Shown here piece by piece: positions 11,715-21,895 of a stretch of 64,000 bases of DNA. Position 1 is the stretch's first letter, and every line of letters starts with the position of its first letter. Under the pieces are notes generated by a model, which had not been told where the DNA came from, did not search any database, and saw nothing but the letters and a program-made list of their open reading frames with translations. The stretch is from an uncultured Kordiimonadaceae bacterium (lineage in GTDB: Bacteria > Pseudomonadota > Alphaproteobacteria > Sphingomonadales > Emcibacteraceae): positions 1,787 to 65,786 of the forward strand of contig CAXBLS010000001.1 of assembly GCA_963976585.1 (NCBI GenBank). Reading direction: 5' to 3'. A program made the position numbers and the translations under genes.

Positions 11715-12149
11715 ATGCGCCATCGTAAAGCTGGGCGTAAGCTTAACAAAACAAGCAGTCATCGCAAGGCGATGTTTGCTAACATGGCTTCAGCGCTAAT
11801 TAAGCATGAGCAAATTGTTACAACGCTTCCAAAAGCAAAAGAACTTCGCCCAATCGTTGAGCGTTTGATCACTCTTGGCAAGCGTGGTTCGCTTCACGCA
11901 CGCCGTCAGGTTATTTCAAAATTGCCTGCGTCGGATAAAGAGATTGTTCAAAAACTTTTTGATGTTCTTGCAGAGCGTTATAAAGAGCGTAACGGTGGTT
12001 ACACTCGCGTCCTAAAAGCAGGATTCCGCCACGGCGATGCAGCACCTGTTGCGGTGATTGAGCTTGTTGACCGTGATGAAGATGCAAAAGGCCTTGATAG
12101 CGGTCCAATATATGAAGACGAAGATGAAGATGTAGGCGCAGTAGCCTAA
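11715..12149 (+). CDS. rplQ: 50S ribosomal protein L17
   Basis: 144-aa ORF starting [25 protein letters not shown], an L17 signature, with an acidic C-terminal tail. Confidence 0.96.
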   Translation: MRHRKAGRKLNKTSSHRKAMFANMASALIKHEQIVTTLPKAKELRPIVERLITLGKRGSLHARRQVISKLPASDKEIVQKLFDVLAERYKERNGGYTRVLKAGFRHGDAAPVAVIELVDRDEDAKGLDSGPIYEDEDEDVGAVA

Positions 12150-12180
12150 ACATATCAGATTTACATAAGAGTTTTGAAGA

Positions 12181-12206
12181 AGCAGTCCTTTGGGGCTGCT
12201 TTTTTT
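12181..12206 (+). terminator. Rho-independent terminator of the alpha operon
   Basis: 8-bp stem AGCAGTCC / GGGCTGCT with one G-U pair, loop TTTG, followed by TTTTTT. Confidence 0.75.
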
Positions 12207-12238
12207 ATGCGAAATTTTGCGTTAACCATTAGTTGGTC

Positions 12239-12267
12239 TTGCGACTTTGACCAGATAATTCTATAAA
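12239..12267 (+). promoter_or_regulatory. Promoter candidate for fbaA
   Basis: TTGCGA, a 17-nt spacer, then TATAAA. It sits about 43 nt upstream of the fbaA ATG. Confidence 0.3.
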
Positions 12268-12309
12268 AAGATATATCGAAAAACTTTTCAATTTTAAGGA
12301 AAAATCAAA

Positions 12310-13377
12310 ATGGCACTTAAACCGGGCGTGGTATGCGGCGAAGACTATGTTGAACTAGTAAATGCATGTAAAGAGGGCGGCTATGCGCTTGCCGCTGTGA
12401 ACTGCGTGGGTACGAACAGCGTCAATGCGGTGATGGAAGCAGCTGCGAAGAATAACTCTGACGTGATTATCCAGTTTTCAAATGGGGGTACACAGTTTTA
12501 TGCAGGTGCCGGTATGGAAGACGGGTTTAAGGCCAAAGTGCTTGGTGCGGTCTCAGCGGCGCAGCATGTACACCTACTTGCAGAACATTACGGCATTTGT
12601 GCGGTGCTGCATACGGATCACGCCAACCGTAAATTGGTGCCGTGGGTTGATGCGCTGGTTGATCATTCAGAAGAATATTATAAACAGCACGGTAAAGCAC
12701 TTTATAGCTCTCACATGCTCGATCTTTCCGAAGAAGATATCGATGATAACCTGAACGAATGTGCCCGCATGTTGGAGCGGATGGCAAAACTTGATATGAG
12801 TCTTGAAATTGAGCTCGGTATCACTGGTGGCGAGGAAGATGGCGTTGGTCATGATATTGAAGAAGGGGCGGACAGTTCCCATCTTTATACCCAGCCGGAA
12901 GACGTTCTTAAAGCCTATGATTTGCTTACCCCTATTGGTCATTTCTCTGTTGCGGCGTCTTTCGGTAATGTTCACGGTGTTTATAAACCGGGTAACGTGC
13001 AGCTTCGCCCTGAAATCCTTAAAAACAGCCAGGCACTAGTCAGTCAAACTCACGGTACTGACGAAAAACCACTTAATCTGGTGTTTCATGGTGGTTCCGG
13101 ATCCGAGAAAGATAAGATCGCAGCTGCTATTTCTTATGGCGTTTTCAAAATGAACATTGATACAGATACTCAGTTTGCCTTTGCCAACGGTGTTGGCAAA
13201 TATGTTCAAGAACATAACCAAGCGTTTTTCCATCAAATCGATCCAAAGGATGGTACACCGCAGAAAAAATTCTATGATCCGCGCAAGTGGCTTCGCGCAG
13301 GCGAGCTTTCTTTTGTAGAACGTCTTGATGAAGCATTTGATGATCTTGGTTCAGCGGGACGATCACTTGCAAAATAG
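12310..13377 (+). CDS. fbaA: Class II fructose-bisphosphate aldolase (FbaA type)
   Basis: 355-aa ORF collinear with my memory of E. coli FbaA (AVNCVGT, IQFSNGG, HTDH, LEIELGxTGGEEDGV, FGNVHGVYKPGNV, FHGGSGS, MNIDTDTQ). Confidence 0.93.
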   Translation: MALKPGVVCGEDYVELVNACKEGGYALAAVNCVGTNSVNAVMEAAAKNNSDVIIQFSNGGTQFYAGAGMEDGFKAKVLGAVSAAQHVHLLAEHYGICAVLHTDHANRKLVPWVDALVDHSEEYYKQHGKALYSSHMLDLSEEDIDDNLNECARMLERMAKLDMSLEIELGITGGEEDGVGHDIEEGADSSHLYTQPEDVLKAYDLLTPIGHFSVAASFGNVHGVYKPGNVQLRPEILKNSQALVSQTHGTDEKPLNLVFHGGSGSEKDKIAAAISYGVFKMNIDTDTQFAFANGVGKYVQEHNQAFFHQIDPKDGTPQKKFYDPRKWLRAGELSFVERLDEAFDDLGSAGRSLAK

Positions 13378-13399
13378 AAATTAAATTATATCTATAAAA

Positions 13400-13423
13400 G
13401 GCAGGTCTTAGATCTGCCTTTTT
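13400..13423 (+). terminator. Rho-independent terminator after fbaA
   Basis: 8-bp stem GGCAGGTC / GATCTGCC, loop TTA, followed by TTTTT. Confidence 0.7.
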
Positions 13424-13500
13424 GCTTTAATGGTACAGATTACATAATTCTGCCATGTATTATATTTATAAATGACGGTATGTTTAATTAACTTATTGGA

Positions 13501-14967
13501 ATGATTATGAAAAAAATGATGAAAATTGGGCTTGGACTTTTATCACTTTTGGCGCTGACAATGGTTCTGATGAATGGCACGATGCAATTAAATTCGGTTG
13601 CCCAAAGTACAGATAACAAACGGGTTCCAATCTCAGACGTAGAAGTTAAATTATCTTACGCCCCGGTTGTCCGTGAAGTCGCACCGGCTGTGGTCAATAT
13701 CTATACAAAACGGGTCGTGAAAACCCGAACGTCACCATTTCTTAATGATCCATTTTTTAGCCGATTTTTTGGCGGCTCTAGTGCTCCACGCGAGCGGATT
13801 GAACGTTCTCTCGGATCTGGCGTTATCGTCCGCGAAGAAGGTATCATCGTTACCAATAATCATGTAATCAATGGTGCAGACGAAATTACCGTAGCGCTTT
13901 CCGACCGCCGTGAGTTCGAGGCGGAGGTTATTTTGATGGACGAAAGCTCTGACCTCGCGATTCTTAGGATTGAGCCAGAAGGGGATGATCTTAATACCCT
14001 AGAATTCAGCCAGTCAGAAAATGTAGAAGTTGGAGATCTGGTACTGGCAATTGGTAATCCGTTTGGAGTTGGTCAGTCGGTGACCAGCGGGATTGTCTCT
14101 GCGCTTGCTCGAACACAAGTTGGCGACGATGATTACCAATTTTTCATTCAAACCGATGCGGCTGTAAATCCCGGTAATAGCGGAGGGGCGTTGGTTGGTA
14201 TGGACGGGAAGCTTGTTGGGATTAACACGTCTATCTATTCACGCAGCGGCGGTTCAAATGGCATTGGTTTTGCGATCCCCGTTAAAATGGTTGATTTCGT
14301 GCTAACTGCGGCGTTGAATGACGGAAAAATAGTTCGTCCATGGTTTGGGGCTACTGGGCAGGCCGTATCATCAGAAATTGCAGAAAGCCTTGGGTTTGAC
14401 CGACCGGGTGGTGTGCTTGTGGATAATGTATATCCGGATAGTCCAGCGGACCGTGCCGGATTGGAACCCGGTGACGTGATCCTAGCCATCGACGGTGAAG
14501 AAATTTTTGATACACAGGGACTTCGTTATTTTATAGGTCTCGGTAAGGTTGGCGGGGAAACGACACTTGACGTATTGAATGGTGATGACCGCAAAGAAGT
14601 TACGGTTGAACTCGAAACGATCCCGGAAACACCACCAAGAAATATCACAGTTCTTGAAGGGGACCATATATTTGAAAATATGGAAGTAGGGAATCTCTCT
14701 CCCGCATTCTCGGAAGAGTTGGGATTGAGCATCTTTGAAACCGGTGTGATAATTCTTGAAATTGACCGATCAAGTCCGGTGAGAAGGCTCAATGTATTGC
14801 GTGCCGGCGATATTTTTGAAAGCGTTGATGACGAAGATATCGATAGCGTAAAAACTCTTGAGGACGTGCTCGGTGATGTCGGAAATGATGTCTCATTTGC
14901 CGTGCGTCGTGCTGGCCGCCTTATCGAATGCACGGCCCGTGGCCGCGGGAGCTATAGCTGTCGATGA
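13501..14967 (+). CDS. Periplasmic HtrA/DegP/DegQ-family serine endoprotease with two PDZ-like regions
   Basis: 488-aa ORF with an N-terminal signal-like segment. It has a trypsin-fold triad context (TNNHV, DLAIL, GNSGGALV) and a long C-terminal PDZ-like region. Confidence 0.9.
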   Translation: MIMKKMMKIGLGLLSLLALTMVLMNGTMQLNSVAQSTDNKRVPISDVEVKLSYAPVVREVAPAVVNIYTKRVVKTRTSPFLNDPFFSRFFGGSSAPRERIERSLGSGVIVREEGIIVTNNHVINGADEITVALSDRREFEAEVILMDESSDLAILRIEPEGDDLNTLEFSQSENVEVGDLVLAIGNPFGVGQSVTSGIVSALARTQVGDDDYQFFIQTDAAVNPGNSGGALVGMDGKLVGINTSIYSRSGGSNGIGFAIPVKMVDFVLTAALNDGKIVRPWFGATGQAVSSEIAESLGFDRPGGVLVDNVYPDSPADRAGLEPGDVILAIDGEEIFDTQGLRYFIGLGKVGGETTLDVLNGDDRKEVTVELETIPETPPRNITVLEGDHIFENMEVGNLSPAFSEELGLSIFETGVIILEIDRSSPVRRLNVLRAGDIFESVDDEDIDSVKTLEDVLGDVGNDVSFAVRRAGRLIECTARGRGSYSCR

Positions 14968-16265
14968 GTGATTTATTCGCCAGTGCTGGTCTTGAAGAGG
15001 GGGCACCACGGCCGCTCGCAGACCGGCTTCGACCGCAAAAACTGAATGAAGTTGTCGGGCAGGATCATCTAACAGGACCTGATGGCACACTTGGACGGAT
15101 GCTGAAGGCGGGCCATCTATCATCACTTATTTTTTGGGGGCCGCCGGGAACCGGAAAAACCACCACGGCCAGATTGCTCGCCGAAGATATTGATCTTTAT
15201 TTTGAGCAGATATCAGCTGTATTTTCCGGCGTTGCCGACCTTCGTAAATGTTTTGAAGCGGCGAAAGAAAGACGGCGTACCGGTAAAGGTACATTGCTTT
15301 TTGTCGATGAAATTCACCGCTTTAACCGCTCACAGCAAGATGGCTTCCTGCCTTATGTTGAAGACGGTACCATTGTGCTGGTCGGTGCGACGACTGAGAA
15401 CCCTTCGTTTGAACTTAACGCCGCACTGTTATCTAGAATGCAGGTGTTAACTCTCAACCGCCTTGATAATAAGGCTATGGAAGAACTTTTGTCCCGTGCA
15501 GAGGCGTTGGAGGACAAAAACCTTCCTGTAACGGCCGAGGCCAGAGCGCTGTTATATAATATGGCTGACGGTGACGGACGGTATCTTCTGAACCTCTCTG
15601 AAATCCTTCTTGGTCTACAGTTTGATGAGGATCTTGACAGCAATGCGCTTTTGCAGGTGCTTCAAAAACGCGCACCAGTTTATGATAAGGACCGGGAAGG
15701 GCACTATAATCTTATTTCTGCGCTTCATAAATCACTTAGGGGTTCAGATACGGACGCAGCACTTTACTGGACGGCAAGGATGCTCGCTGGTGGGGAAGAT
15801 CCACTTTATATCCTCAGGCGCCTAGTAAGGTTTGCGGTTGAAGATATCGGTCTTGCCGACCCGCAGGCTGTGATACAGGCAAACGCAGCGCGGGAAGTTT
15901 ATGAATTTCTTGGTTCCCCTGAGGGCGATCTGGCGCTTACACAACTTGTTATTTATTTGGGCACAGCACCAAAATCCAATGCCGTCTACAAAGCACAAAA
16001 AGCATCCTTAAGGCGAGCAAAGGAAACCGGATCATTAAGTCCGCCCATGCATATCTTAAACGCCCCCACTAAGATGATGAAAGATTTGGGTTACGGTAAA
16101 GACTATCAATATGATCATGACGCAAAGGATGGTTTTTCTGGACAGGATTATTTCCCGGAAGAATTAAACCGTGAACAATATTATACGCCTGTCAACAGAG
16201 GATTTGAGAGAGAAATATCAAAGCGTCTCGAATATTGGGCGAAACTAAGAGCTGAAAAAGACTAA
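14964..16265 (+). CDS. rarA: Replication-associated recombination protein A (AAA+ ATPase, MgsA/RarA)
   Basis: 433-aa ORF with PLADRLRPQKLNEVVGQDHL, Walker A GPPGTGKTT, Walker B FVDEIHRFN, and a MgsA C-terminal region (ALHKSLRGSDTDAALYW). Confidence 0.93.
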   Translation: MSDLFASAGLEEGAPRPLADRLRPQKLNEVVGQDHLTGPDGTLGRMLKAGHLSSLIFWGPPGTGKTTTARLLAEDIDLYFEQISAVFSGVADLRKCFEAAKERRRTGKGTLLFVDEIHRFNRSQQDGFLPYVEDGTIVLVGATTENPSFELNAALLSRMQVLTLNRLDNKAMEELLSRAEALEDKNLPVTAEARALLYNMADGDGRYLLNLSEILLGLQFDEDLDSNALLQVLQKRAPVYDKDREGHYNLISALHKSLRGSDTDAALYWTARMLAGGEDPLYILRRLVRFAVEDIGLADPQAVIQANAAREVYEFLGSPEGDLALTQLVIYLGTAPKSNAVYKAQKASLRRAKETGSLSPPMHILNAPTKMMKDLGYGKDYQYDHDAKDGFSGQDYFPEELNREQYYTPVNRGFEREISKRLEYWAKLRAEKD

Positions 16266-17557
16266 TCTGATAAATAGCGTCGATTAAGCGGTACGTTATC
16301 CTGTTTCTTCGCAAGTTGAAATTGAAACACAACATGGCCAAGGTTTCTAAAGGCACATTCAGCACTTGCAAGATAAAATTCCCACATCCTCAAGAACTTC
16401 TCGTCATAAAGTTCAATGATTTTGTCTTTATTGGCATCGACACGTTTCCGCCATTCGGCCAAAGTATTTGCATAATGAAGTCTAAGCACTTCCATGTCAG
16501 TAATATATAATCCGCTTTTTTCGATAACGGGGGCAATCTCTGAGAGAGCGGGAGCATAACCGCCCGGGAAAATATACTTTTTGGTCCAAGGATCGGTCTC
16601 GCCAGGGCCATCAGCTCGACCGATAGTATGTATAAGTGCTATCCCGTCTTCGCTCAGGCATTCATAAACTTTATTAAAAAATGTCTGATATTGCTTTCGA
16701 CCCACATGTTCGAACATACCAACGGAAACAATGCGGTCGAACTCCTCTTTTACATCACGGTAATCTTGTAGTCGGAAATTGACGCGTTCATTTTCGGTGG
16801 TGTTTTGCTCCGCGACCTTGAGCTGTTCTTCACTTAGGGTAACACCAGTAACATTGGCGCCGGAGATTTTATTCAAATACTTGCTCAAACCACCCCAACC
16901 ACAGCCGATGTCGAGCACGTTTTGATCTTGGCGCAAGAAAAGCTTTTTAGCAATCAAGTTCATTTTATTTAATTGGGCTTGTTCCAGCGTTTCGTCAGGC
17001 GTCAGAAAATAGGCAGAAGAGTACTGCCGATTATCATCAAGAAACAAATCGTAGAGATCATCGGAAAGATCATAATGATGGGCAACATTACTCTTTGACT
17101 TTCCAGGCCAGTTTATCTGATTAAACCACCCTTTAAAGCGACTGTAAGGGTCCCCACCCATCAAATGAAATGGATTATCTGGGCGCCATTCCATGTTTTT
17201 TGTTATCAGGTAAAGAAAATCATAGACATTGTGTGGTGGTTCAATGGTCAGAGACCCGTCCATATAAGCTTCGCCCGCCTTGAGATCAGGTCTAAAAAAT
17301 ATTTTCCACAGCAAGGACGTATCCTTGAAACGGATCGTAACCGCGGGCTCTGCTGTCCCAGCGAATACGTGCATTTTTCCTTTGGTATCGATGATATTTA
17401 ACGTACCATGCTTGATAAGTTTATTTAAAAAAATTGATAGTGGGAACAAGTTGGTCTCCCCTAGACTATGTTCATAAGTATATAGTTGGATTATCGCAGA
17501 AATACCTATAAAAGACAATGATGATAAGAATAGGGCAGGGATTTTATTTATGAACAT
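16262..17557 (-). CDS. cfa: Cyclopropane-fatty-acyl-phospholipid synthase family SAM-dependent methyltransferase
   Basis: 431-aa maximal ORF with the SAM motif VLDIGCGWGG and a Cfa-like core (HYDLSDDLYDLFLD, SVGMFEHVG). The start is uncertain: a TTG at 17449 preceded by GGGGAGA is an alternative (see findings). Confidence 0.88.
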   Translation of the reverse strand: MFINKIPALFLSSLSFIGISAIIQLYTYEHSLGETNLFPLSIFLNKLIKHGTLNIIDTKGKMHVFAGTAEPAVTIRFKDTSLLWKIFFRPDLKAGEAYMDGSLTIEPPHNVYDFLYLITKNMEWRPDNPFHLMGGDPYSRFKGWFNQINWPGKSKSNVAHHYDLSDDLYDLFLDDNRQYSSAYFLTPDETLEQAQLNKMNLIAKKLFLRQDQNVLDIGCGWGGLSKYLNKISGANVTGVTLSEEQLKVAEQNTTENERVNFRLQDYRDVKEEFDRIVSVGMFEHVGRKQYQTFFNKVYECLSEDGIALIHTIGRADGPGETDPWTKKYIFPGGYAPALSEIAPVIEKSGLYITDMEVLRLHYANTLAEWRKRVDANKDKIIELYDEKFLRMWEFYLASAECAFRNLGHVVFQFQLAKKQDNVPLNRRYLSD

Positions 17558-17927
17558 GATAGTCGCAGTGGCAGCCGGTGGCGCAATCGGTGCAGTGGCA
17601 CGTTTTCTTGTCGGAAGGGGAATGTTTCATCTGATGGGACCGGGATTTCCATGGGGAACATTGACCGTTAATATTCTTGGCTCATTTCTGATTGGTCTTA
17701 TGGTGGAGCTGTTTGCGCTTCGTTATAGTCTTTCCCACGAATGGCAGGGCTTTATCATTATTGGCATACTCGGGGGCTTTACGACATTTTCAGCCTTCTC
17801 GCTTGAGGTGGGGCTGATGATTGAAAAAGGTCAAATTTCAACTGCCGCGCTTTACGCACTTGGGTCAATGTTTGTGGGGGTTGTCGCCCTGTTTGCCGGA
17901 TTGTTTGCCGGTCGCGCTTTAGTTTAA
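17550..17927 (+). CDS. crcB: Fluoride ion channel CrcB/FluC
   Basis: 125-aa four-helix hydrophobic ORF with CrcB motifs (GGAIGAVARF, GTLTVNILGSF, GFTTFSAFS). The start could be ATG 17550 or ATG 17556. Confidence 0.9.
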   Translation: MNMIVAVAAGGAIGAVARFLVGRGMFHLMGPGFPWGTLTVNILGSFLIGLMVELFALRYSLSHEWQGFIIIGILGGFTTFSAFSLEVGLMIEKGQISTAALYALGSMFVGVVALFAGLFAGRALV

Positions 17928-17936
17928 GGAAAATTT

Positions 17937-18926
17937 ATGTCAGGTGTTAGCCGCGAATATGTAAAAGATAATGAAAGTGATTGGCGTCTCGATAAATGGT
18001 TTAAAGTCCATTTTCCGGGATTAAGTTATGGTCGGCTTTCAAAAATTCTCCGTAAAGGGGAAGTGCGGGTTGACGGTAAACGTGTCAAAGCGAATTTTAG
18101 ACTTGAAGGCGGTATGGAAATAAGGCTACCGCCGCTTGGTAAGGATGAGCGATCAGAGAGCAGCAAACCGAAAATCGCAAGGAGAATATCTCCTGAAGAT
18201 GCTCTTATGATGCGCGAGATGGTTATCTATCAGGACGACAGTGTTATCGTGCTTAATAAACTTCCGGGTCTCGCCGTACAAGGTGGAACCAACACCCCCC
18301 GTCATGTTGACGGCATGCTTGAAGCACTTCAGGGTGACGAGCAGGAAAAACCGAAACTTGTGCACAGACTAGATAAAGATACCAGTGGCGTTTTGATCAT
18401 TGCCCGCACAGGAAGGGCAGCAAAGGCGCTTACGGAAAGCTTTAGAACCAGAAAAACCAATAAGATTTACTGGGCACTCGTAAAGGGAAAACCGTCTCAG
18501 ACTGAGGGTTCCGTTCAGGCACCGCTGGATAAAGAACCGGGCACCCGCGGCGAACGCATGGCTGTATCGGACGAGGGAAAGCGCGCGATCACTGATTTTA
18601 GAGTTATGGATAGCGCTGCAGGCACCGTAACATGGATGGCCTTTCGGCCTGTGACAGGACGCACTCATCAAATCCGTGTTCATGCAACAGTACTGGGTAC
18701 GCCGATCATTGGGGACGGTAAATATGCTGCCAAAGAAGCCTTTATCGATGGACCGATCAGCAAGAAGCTCCATCTTCACGCTCGCTCCATCGAAATAGAC
18801 CATCCGGACGGCGGACTACTTTCGGTTAAAGCGCCTCTTCCAACGCATATGCGTGAAAGTTGGGATCTGTTCGGTTTTGACGATGATGAAAATAGTGATC
18901 CGTTTGAGGATGTGGACAATGTCTGA
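17937..18926 (+). CDS. RluA-family 23S rRNA pseudouridine synthase (RluC/RluD-like, N-terminal S4 domain)
   Basis: 329-aa ORF with catalytic motif HRLDKDTSGVLIIA, TGRTHQIRVH, and an S4-like N-terminus. Confidence 0.88.
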   Translation: MSGVSREYVKDNESDWRLDKWFKVHFPGLSYGRLSKILRKGEVRVDGKRVKANFRLEGGMEIRLPPLGKDERSESSKPKIARRISPEDALMMREMVIYQDDSVIVLNKLPGLAVQGGTNTPRHVDGMLEALQGDEQEKPKLVHRLDKDTSGVLIIARTGRAAKALTESFRTRKTNKIYWALVKGKPSQTEGSVQAPLDKEPGTRGERMAVSDEGKRAITDFRVMDSAAGTVTWMAFRPVTGRTHQIRVHATVLGTPIIGDGKYAAKEAFIDGPISKKLHLHARSIEIDHPDGGLLSVKAPLPTHMRESWDLFGFDDDENSDPFEDVDNV

Positions 18927-19581
18927 AGACCTTAAGCTTGCTCTCTTTGATTGCGATGGCACGTTGGTCGATGGTCAACATATGATTATCAATGCCATGA
19001 AGCAGGCAAGTGAAAACTGCAACATCCCGTATGCGGGGGACGAACCGGTTAGACGCATTGTCGGCCTTTCACTATTTGAAGCTATTACGAGGATTTATCC
19101 AGATTTGTCGGATCATGATCACAGTCTTTTGCACAAAGAATTTGTTGATCATTTTCAGTTTTTAAGAACTCAGGAAGATCATCATGAACCGCTTTATGAA
19201 GGCATAAAAGACGCAATTCTTGAGTTGGGGGATATGGGGATTTTATTGGGGGTAGCAACCGGAAAATCAACACGTGGTCTCAAGAGTACGTTAAAGAACC
19301 ACGGTATTGAAGATCATTTTGTTACTCTTAATACCGCGGACGATGGTCCTGGAAAACCACATCCGTCAATGATCAATGTTGCCCTGTCTGATACCGGCGT
19401 ACTGCGGGAGAATACCTACATGATCGGGGACACCACATATGACATGATCATGGCCAAACAAGCTGGCGTTCATTCAGTGGGGGTGACATGGGGTTATCAT
19501 GAGAAGCATGAGCTGGTTTCATCAGGAGCCAGTCACATTATCAATCATATTTCAGAATTTGTCGACTTGTTGAAGGATTAA
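18919..19581 (+). CDS. HAD-superfamily hydrolase (phosphoglycolate-phosphatase-like)
   Basis: HAD motif I is LFDCDGTLVD, with later motifs GVATGKS and GDTTYD. I chose ATG 18919 (MSEDLKLALFDCDG), which overlaps the upstream stop (ATGTCTGA). The track ORF start at 18853 lies inside the upstream gene. Confidence 0.85.
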   Translation: MSEDLKLALFDCDGTLVDGQHMIINAMKQASENCNIPYAGDEPVRRIVGLSLFEAITRIYPDLSDHDHSLLHKEFVDHFQFLRTQEDHHEPLYEGIKDAILELGDMGILLGVATGKSTRGLKSTLKNHGIEDHFVTLNTADDGPGKPHPSMINVALSDTGVLRENTYMIGDTTYDMIMAKQAGVHSVGVTWGYHEKHELVSSGASHIINHISEFVDLLKD

Positions 19582-20274
19582 ATGAAACGTTTTTATAAAG
19601 ATGTTAGTGTCAGTGGACAGGGCGAAATGTTCACCGTCTTGCTTGATGGTAAAAACATCAAAACACCACAGCAAAGCTTGTGCCTGATGCCGACGAAGGC
19701 TATGGCGGATGCTGTCGCAAAAGAATGGCATGATCAGGAGAAAGAAATTGATCCTGACTCAATGCCGATTACCAAGCTCATGAACACGGCCATTGACAGG
19801 GTAGCAGCAATGCGCAGTGAGATCGTCGGTGAATTGGTGGAATTTGCAGGATCTGATCAGCTTTGCTACCGTGCAGAAAACCCCCAAGAATTGGTAAAGT
19901 TACAAAATGAAATATGGGATCCCCTGTTAGAGCGCATAAAGGAACTTCACTCGGTCGAACTCAAAGTGACAACTGGTATCATTTTTCAGGAACAAGATCC
20001 TGAGCAGATATTGAAAATAAGAAAGCTTATTGAAAATATTGAAGACTTTCCTCTGATGGCATTTTACGGCATGACCGCAGTATGCGGGTCAATAACCATC
20101 GGGATCAACATGTTTGAAGGCCATATTTCAACTGAGGAAGCGTGGGAAGCAGGCCACCTTGATGAAAACTTTCAGGTTTCAAAATGGGGTAGTGACTATG
20201 AGGCGGAAGACCGCAGGGCTAACCTTAAGGCTGAATTGGGAAATGCCGCCCGGTTCCTTTCACTTTGCCGATAA
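19582..20274 (+). CDS. ATP12-family chaperone (F1-ATPase assembly factor 2 homolog)
   Basis: 230-aa ORF starting MKRFYKDVSV... with LDGKxxKTP and CYRAE segments, typical of alphaproteobacterial ATP12 proteins as I recall them. Confidence 0.8.
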   Translation: MKRFYKDVSVSGQGEMFTVLLDGKNIKTPQQSLCLMPTKAMADAVAKEWHDQEKEIDPDSMPITKLMNTAIDRVAAMRSEIVGELVEFAGSDQLCYRAENPQELVKLQNEIWDPLLERIKELHSVELKVTTGIIFQEQDPEQILKIRKLIENIEDFPLMAFYGMTAVCGSITIGINMFEGHISTEEAWEAGHLDENFQVSKWGSDYEAEDRRANLKAELGNAARFLSLCR

Positions 20275-20311
20275 GAAACATATAAAAAAATATGTTGAAG
20301 AGATATGGGTG

Positions 20312-20337
20312 TTTATGTTACTAATCGGTAACATAAA
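20312..20337. promoter_or_regulatory. Perfect 10-bp inverted repeat (TTTATGTTAC-N6-GTAACATAAA) in the pccB 5' region
   Basis: Read directly from the sequence. It ends 16 nt before the pccB ATG, just upstream of the AGGGAGA Shine-Dalgarno. Confidence 0.5.
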
Positions 20338-20353
20338 TCTAGGGAGACCATAA

Positions 20354-21886
20354 ATGCAGGATATCCTCGATAAACTGGAAGAGCGACGCCAGTCCGCAAG
20401 GGCTGGCGGCGGCGAAAAGCGCATTGCCGCACAACACGCCAAGGGAAAACTCACAGCAAGAGAGCGGATAGAGCTTCTTGTCGATCCAGACAGTTTTGAA
20501 GAATATGATATGTTCAAAGAACATCGATCAATAGATTTTGGTATGGAGAATAGTAAAATTGCCGGGGACGGCGTTGTTATCGGTTCAGGAACCGTGAACG
20601 GACGCCTTATATTCGTCTATAGTCAGGATTTTACGGTTTTTGGTGGCTCGCTTTCTGAAACCCACGCCGAGAAAATCTGCAAGATCATGGATATGGCGAT
20701 GAAAAATGGCGCACCGGTGATCGGTATAAATGATTCCGGTGGTGCGCGTATTCAGGAGGGGGTATCGGCACTTGCCGGTTATGCTGAAGTGTTCCAGGCC
20801 AATGTGTTGGCGTCTGGCGTGGTGCCACAAATATCGCTCATTATGGGCCCCTGTGCTGGCGGTGCGGTTTATTCACCTGCCATGACAGATTTTATATTTA
20901 TGGTAAGGGATAGCAGCTATATGTTTGTGACTGGTCCCGACGTAGTAAAGACAGTAACCAATGAGGTGGTGACGCAGGAAGAACTTGGCGGTGCCACTAC
21001 TCATACCGTAAAATCGGGTGTTGCAGATAATGCGTATGATAACGATCTTGAAGCGATCAAACAAACCAGGCGATTGATCGATTTTATGCCGCTCAATAAC
21101 AGGGAAAAACCACCGACACGACAAGTATTCGACCAGCATAACAACGATGAAATGTCGCTTGATAGTGTGATACCCGACAATCCAAATAAACCATACGATA
21201 TGCATGAGGTGATCCGAAAAACGGTGGACGAGGGCGATTTTTTTGAAATCCAACCCGCGTTTGCCAAGAATATTCTTACCGGTTTTGCACGAATTGAAGG
21301 CTCCACCGTCGGTATTGTCGCCAATCAACCCATGATCCTTGCTGGATGTCTTGATAACGATGCATCACGTAAGGCGGGCCGCTTTGTTCGCTACTGCGAC
21401 TGTTTTAATATTCCAATTATTACTTTTGTTGATGTGCCGGGGTTCCTTCCCGGAACGGCACAGGAATATGGTGGTGTTATTAAGCACGGTGCCAAATTGC
21501 TTTTCGCCTACGGCGAAGCAACGGTGCCCAAAATTACAGTGATCACCCGCAAGGCCTACGGTGGTGCCTATGATGTGATGGCATCAAAACATCTTCGCGG
21601 AGATCTCAATTTTGCCTGGCCAACAGCGGAAATTGCCGTGATGGGGGCAGAGGGGGCGGTGAAGATTATCTTCCGCGAGGAAGCAAAGGACCCGGACAAA
21701 CTCGCAGAAAAAACCCAGGAATATTCTGATAAATTTGCCAATCCATTTGTGGCGGCGCGCAGAGGATATATTGATGATGTGATTATGCCCCATGCCACAC
21801 GGCGGCGTATCAGTCGTGGACTACGGATGCTTAAGAATAAAGATCTTAAAAATCCGTGGAAAAAACACGACAACATCCCGCTGTAG
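20354..21886 (+). CDS. pccB: Propionyl-CoA carboxylase beta subunit (carboxyltransferase)
   Basis: 510-aa ORF of the acyl-CoA carboxyltransferase family ([45 protein letters not shown]). Paired with a biotin carboxylase/BCCP fusion gene. Confidence 0.9.
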   Translation: MQDILDKLEERRQSARAGGGEKRIAAQHAKGKLTARERIELLVDPDSFEEYDMFKEHRSIDFGMENSKIAGDGVVIGSGTVNGRLIFVYSQDFTVFGGSLSETHAEKICKIMDMAMKNGAPVIGINDSGGARIQEGVSALAGYAEVFQANVLASGVVPQISLIMGPCAGGAVYSPAMTDFIFMVRDSSYMFVTGPDVVKTVTNEVVTQEELGGATTHTVKSGVADNAYDNDLEAIKQTRRLIDFMPLNNREKPPTRQVFDQHNNDEMSLDSVIPDNPNKPYDMHEVIRKTVDEGDFFEIQPAFAKNILTGFARIEGSTVGIVANQPMILAGCLDNDASRKAGRFVRYCDCFNIPIITFVDVPGFLPGTAQEYGGVIKHGAKLLFAYGEATVPKITVITRKAYGGAYDVMASKHLRGDLNFAWPTAEIAVMGAEGAVKIIFREEAKDPDKLAEKTQEYSDKFANPFVAARRGYIDDVIMPHATRRRISRGLRMLKNKDLKNPWKKHDNIPL

Positions 21887-21895
21887 GAACTTATA

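Noticed and set aside
17450-17549. Expected fluoride (crcB-motif) riboswitch upstream of crcB.
   Set aside because: The conserved GGxGAUG...AACCGCC...CUGAUGA core is not present by eye. Only a vague AATGATGAT resemblance exists. A covariance-model scan would settle it.
18853-18918. Longer N-terminus for the HAD hydrolase.
   Set aside because: It overlaps the 3' end of the pseudouridine synthase gene. The HAD motif I (DCDG) sits a canonical distance from the ATG at 18919.
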